Assembly (NCBI RefSeq): GCF_018350175.1
Contig: NC_058385.1
Span: 76,136,001 to 76,200,000, forward strand
Direction of reading: 5' to 3'
DNA length: 64,000 nt
From: Felis catus
Lineage: Eukaryota
Shown here in pieces: positions 59,711 to 64,000 of this stretch. The translations under genes and the position numbers were made by a program. Within the stretch, counting starts at the first letter, position 1. Each line of letters begins with the position of its first letter. The notes under the pieces were generated by a model, which searched no databases, was not told the origin of the DNA, and worked only from the letters and a program-made list of their open reading frames with translations.

Positions 59711-60394
59711 TGAGCACGAAGGGTTAGATAACCTTCTCAAGGCCTTCGGATTGACTCAATCTTCATGCCAAGTCCTTCACTTTAACTGCACCCCATGCTG
59801 CAAGCAAATCTTTGGTATTCTCCTCGGGGGCTTCCATCATGACTAATTCATGGTACCTTAGTGCTGTAACAAATCTCAAATGCTATCTGGTCCCAAACGA
59901 TGACAGTCACGAAGCTGTCAATCCATGATTTCCCAAAATGTGCATCAAAAACCCATTTTTACCATAAGGTTTCGTGGGGGATTGGTGAAGGGTAGGGGTG
60001 AGGAGGATTCTCTAGTCAGATAAGTTTGGAAAACACTGTATGTGCTATATCTTTTATAGAGGCACAGCAAATATCAACGTATTAAGATTTCTGGTAAGTC
60101 TGGAATCAAGACATCTGTTTGATTCCAAAGCTCTTTTCTCCAGAAATACCAAGAACTATTGACCTTTAGAAGACCGTTTGTCTCAACCCTGTTTAATATT
60201 GAAAACAAGTAACTATTCAACTTGGTTTGAATACTTCCATTATTAAGGGATTCATCACCCACCAAGGCAGTTCCTCTCTATTTTTAGAAAGCTTTTATTG
60301 ACAGGAAATTCATTTTTATATTGAAAGGAAATGTTTCATCCTCTACCCATTAGTACTAACGCCACCCCTTAAGGTGACAAAGAAAATGTCTTGA

Positions 60395-60700
60395 CCTGGC
60401 TAACTGATGCTGCAGTGACAAAGGGCTCCCAGATTTCAGTGGTTTATAACAAACATTTTCTTTCTTGCTCATGTACCTGTCAGTTCCAGTTGAGCTGAGT
60501 CTCTGCTCTTCGTTCGTCATTTCCAGGCTGAAGGAGCACACTCTGTCTTTGTTCTGGGTTCAAGGAGAGAGAGTGACGGTGGGAGCCACACACGGTTCTC
60601 ACGGTTCAGTCGTGGTCATCACCCCATTCTTTCGCATTTCATTGATCAGCACAAGTCTCGTGACTCGGCTGCTTATTGAAGAGGCTGAGAAACTGTGACC
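60395..60700 (-). mobile_element. Old MLT1 (K/L-like) LTR remnant
   Basis: ATGCTGCAGTGACAAAGGGCTCCCAGATTTCAGTGGTTTATAACAAAC..TTCTTGCTCATG..CATTTCATTGATCAG. Confidence 0.65.
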
Positions 60701-60988
60701 TTTCTATGGAGAGTGATAGCCAATATTCAGGAATAGAATCAATATTAAAAAATCAATACCATAGAGTCAAATCTGTCTGTCAAAAATATTTGAAGATAGT
60801 TACTGCATCTGTCTGTCAGAAATACTAGAAGATGCTTGAAGACAGGTACCAATTCCAAAACGTGTCGAGGGGTTCCCAACGCCGACAAGCAATGCCTGGG
60901 ACACTCTCTGGGTGTCCTGTAATTCAAGTCAATTCTGACACTCTCACCGGAGATGGCATCAGAGGCCACAAGTAAACAGCTCAGCACT

Positions 60989-61097
60989 GGAGCACGTGGG
61001 TATTTCAGTTGGTTAAGCGTCCAACTCTTTTTTTTCAGCTCTGGTCATGATCTCCTGGTTACTGAGATTGAGCCCCACGTCGGGCTCTGCACTGACA
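60989..61097 (+). mobile_element. CAN-SINE 5' half; the rest probably lies in the gap
   Basis: GGAGCACGTGGGTATTTCAGTTGGTTAAGCGTCCAACT..GAGCCCCACGTCGGGCTCTGCACTGACA. Confidence 0.88.
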
Positions 61098-61234
61098 NNN
61101 NNNNNNNNNNNNNNNNNNNNNNNNNNNNNNNNNNNNNNNNNNNNNNNNNNNNNNNNNNNNNNNNNNNNNNNNNNNNNNNNNNNNNNNNNNNNNNNNNNNN
61201 NNNNNNNNNNNNNNNNNNNNNNNNNNNNNNNNNN
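61098..61234. other. Assembly gap (137 N)
   Basis: Run of n. Confidence 1.
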
Positions 61235-62042
61235 TGCCCCTTCCCCCCACTTACTTCAGGCCATCTTTGCAAGCCCAGATTGTTACCCGTACTTCTGACC
61301 AACTGGCTGTAAATCATAGGCTCCCAAGACCCCTCTTTGAGTAGATTAATTTACAAGAGCCGTTCACAGAACTCAGAGAAACATTTTACTTACTAGATTA
61401 CCCGGGGGGGTTTTTTGTTTGTTTGTTTTTTTTAATGAAAGGACATAACCAGGGAACAGCCAGATGGAAGAGCTACACAGGGCTAGGCGGGGAAAGGGCG
61501 TGGAGCTTCTGAACTCTCTCAGAGGCCACCACTCACTCCAAATTCCCCTGTGTTTACCCATCCAGAAGCTCTCAGCTCCCGGTCCTTTTGGGTTTTTAGG
61601 GAGGCTTCATTACAAAGGTGTGATTGATTAGATCATTGGCCATTGACAACTGAGTTCCATCGGTAGCCCTTCTGCCCTCTCTGGAGGGCGGTGGGGGCGG
61701 GGTGGGCACAGGGGAGAGGGACTGAAAGTTCCAGCCCTCAAAGGCCTGGGTTGTTTCCCCTGGCAACCAGCACTCATCCTTAAATCACCTAAGGGCTTTC
61801 CAAAAGTCACCTCCTTAACGTAACCAAAGACAACTTTATCTCACAGGAAATTCAAGAACTGTGAGCCAGAAATGGGGAGGGGTGCCACAGATATATTTCT
61901 TATTATACGTCCCAGTGTCACAGCCCCCATGTGCTCCACAGTTTGGTCTTCTCTGGTTTCTCCAATTTCCAGTTCATTTTCTGTTCTTCCATGACATGGT
62001 TCTGAGTCTCTTGGGGCCTCCCTTCCCTGCGTATGTTCCATT

Positions 62043-62108
62043 TAATAATAACAATTATTATGATAATTACAACTAATAATAATTATTATAATTTATAATT
62101 ATAATTAA
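62043..62108. repeat. AT-rich (AAT/TAAT)-like low-complexity tract
   Basis: Directly visible. Confidence 0.85.
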
Positions 62109-62109
62109 T

Positions 62110-62320
62110 AGCAACTGGTGAAAGGAAGTCGGTTCCACTAGTTACCAGCATCATTTCATAATCCTCCCTGGGGACAGATATTATACTCAGGTACAACTGT
62201 GCAGATGGGGAAACTGAGGCTCAGAGAGTTTAATCGATTTAACAAAACTCACACGGCTCGTACCTCGCAGAGCCGTCTGACTATAAAGCTCAGGTCTTAA
62301 CCCCTAATGCGCACGTTGCC
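62110..62320 (-). mobile_element. MIR remnant
   Basis: CAGATGGGGAAACTGAGGCTCAGAGAGTTTAA core. Confidence 0.8.
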
Positions 62321-62768
62321 TCTCCGTGTGGCTCTGTTCCCTAGATGCATATGAGAAACTGAGCCTAGGCTGACTCCTTTCTAGTCTGAAGAATGTACCT
62401 CGTGGGGCAAAATGTCCAAAAGTGAGATAGAAATTCTATGATTCAACACTGAAGCAAGAACAAGAAGAATATGTTGGCACCTCTTCCAGAATCCCTGTGT
62501 CCTTCAAGCACCTGGAGGTCTATTTGTGCATTTAATGTACATCAAAACCATCTGTGCGCACTGGGTGCGATGATCAACAGAGTAATTCAGGGACGTGATC
62601 TGGATCACAGATGGAGAAAATATTTTACTTTGTATGTCAACTCTGATCTTTTTAAATTTTTTTTATAAATGACCACATTGAGGTTATGTTGAGAAGGATC
62701 CTGAGGGATCCTTAAGAAAGAAAGAGTGGCATCATCTATCAGCAATGTCTTTTAAAAGAAAGTAAGAA

Positions 62769-63017
62769 GGGGCGTCTTCTGGGTGGCTCAGTGGGTTAAG
62801 CATCCGACTTCGGCTCAGGTCATGATTTCACAGTCTGTGAGTTCAAGCCCCGCGTTGGGCTCTGTGCTGACTGCTCAGAGCCTGGAGCCTGCTTTGGACT
62901 CTGTGTCTCCCTCTCTCTTTGCCCCTCCCCTGCTCATGCTCTGTCTCTCTCTGTCTCAAAAATAAATAAAAACATTAAAAAAAGTGTTTTAAAAAAATAA
63001 AATAAAATAAAATAAAT
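62769..63017 (+). mobile_element. Feliform CAN-SINE
   Basis: GGGGCGTC..GGGTGGCTCAGTGGGTTAAG head, CT body, (TAAAA)n tail. Confidence 0.95.
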
Positions 63018-63024
63018 TTAGAAG

Positions 63025-63240
63025 AGGGAACCTGGGTGGTTCAGTCAGTTAAGTATATGACTCTTGATCCGGCTCAGGTCATGATGTCACGGTTCGTGAG
63101 TTCGAGCCCCACATCAGGCTCTGCACTGACAGTGAGGAGCCTGTTGGGGATGCTCTCCCTCTCCTCTCTCTCTGCCCCTCCCACGCTTGTGCGTGCGCAT
63201 GCTCTCTCTCACAAAATAGATGAAACAAAGAAACAAAAAA
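63025..63240 (+). mobile_element. Older CAN-SINE, head-to-tail with the previous copy
   Basis: GGGAACCTGGGTGGTTCAGTCAG..GAGTTCGAGCCCCACATCAGGCTCTGCACTGACAG. Confidence 0.92.
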
Positions 63241-63369
63241 GGAAGAAGGAAGCTGCATACCAAGCATTTGTCACCCCAATCCTAGAGAATACCACCCATG
63301 GGACCCAGAGAACAGAGCTTCTTAGAAAAACCCTGAACTGATGTTTAATTTTGCAGAAAGGGAGGAGAA

Positions 63370-63520
63370 GAATGTTATTTTAGCACCTACCACTGGGCGT
63401 CTACTCTATTTCACTTGCTCCTCATGACACGGTCAAGAAGATGAAGGCTCAGAGATGTCAACTACCTCCTCCTGAGATCCAGAGCTAGTAAATGGTAGAA
63501 ACAGAATCCAGCTTTATGTC
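63370..63520 (-). mobile_element. MIR remnant
   Basis: GATGAAGGCTCAGAGATGTCAAC..AGAGCTAGTAAATGGTAGA. Confidence 0.6.
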
Positions 63521-64000
63521 CGACGGACGCTTGATGCTATCCCATGACACGCCACCTTCTAGAATGCTCAGAGTTCCATAAAATATCCCACTAGTTCAAG
63601 TTGTTATGCCAAAACATGGCCCAATTCCAGTCTATCCAACACACTTCTGTTCCTGTCTTTCCTTCTTCTCACTGGGTGAAGACTCACTCTCCAAACATAA
63701 ATGGCTCCCAGACAAGATACTTGATGTTGGACCAGATCGTGCTTCCTAAAGGTGTAGGTTTGCATCACAATTTTACATAAACGCTCTTGGTGCTGACAGC
63801 CGGAGGCAGGCAGGAGTGTGGCTCTACCATGTGACAAATATAGAGCCGCTGTCCTGAAAACTCTAACAAGAGACTAACCCTCAAGGGAGATGCCACGCAA
63901 TAAATAATTTTTGCCATAACACATTCTTTCCCTTTGCATAAATTTAACACCCGCTCTCTGTACAATATGTGATCTTCCTGCTAACTCCCCATAGACAGAA

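Larger units (their letters stand above)
60880..61921 (-). mobile_element. MER21C-type solo LTR interrupted by a SINE and a gap
   Basis: GGGTGTCCTGTAATTCAAGTCAATTCTGACACT..GTACTTCTGACCAACTGGCT..TGATTGATTAGATCATTGGCCATTG..ATATATTTCTTATTATAC..GTGTCACA. Confidence 0.88.

Noticed and set aside
3490-61921. MER77 and MER21C LTRs as the two ends of one provirus
   Set aside because: Different families, 57 kb apart, with no internal retroviral sequence adjoining either
1-64000. CRISPR arrays, prokaryotic systems, known miRNA/snRNA/Y-RNA/rRNA copies
   Set aside because: Mammalian repeat landscape; no repeat-spacer array and no match to conserved small-RNA sequences I could recall while reading

Overview
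Non-coding mammalian DNA from a cat-family (felid) genome. The assignment rests on about 17 tRNA-derived CAN-SINEs, including a very young Felis-type copy, and a carnivore L1 3' end. I found no protein-coding gene, tRNA, rRNA, snRNA or known miRNA that I can support. The long ORFs are spurious or transposon-derived (L1 ORF2 C-terminus, L1/HAL1 ORF1 remnant, ERVL integrase/dUTPase remnant). The window is a mosaic of eutherian repeats (MIR, L2, old L1M, MLT1 MaLR LTRs, MER77/MER21C LTRs, hAT MITEs MER53/MER20/MER5) with two assembly gaps. Repeat family names come from my recall of consensus sequences and boundaries are approximate; no RepeatMasker run was possible. I did not find a demonstrably new biological system. 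The best leads are: a perfect 27-bp-arm inverted repeat at 18886-18945; a divergent CTCF motif pair (8414 minus, 11344 plus) beside a CpG-rich E-box cluster; a small orphan CpG island at about 29.3-29.7 kb flanked by outward-facing splice donors; an ERVL pol/dUTPase remnant running into a MaLR-type LTR; and a young SINE inserted into the target-site duplication of an older SINE.
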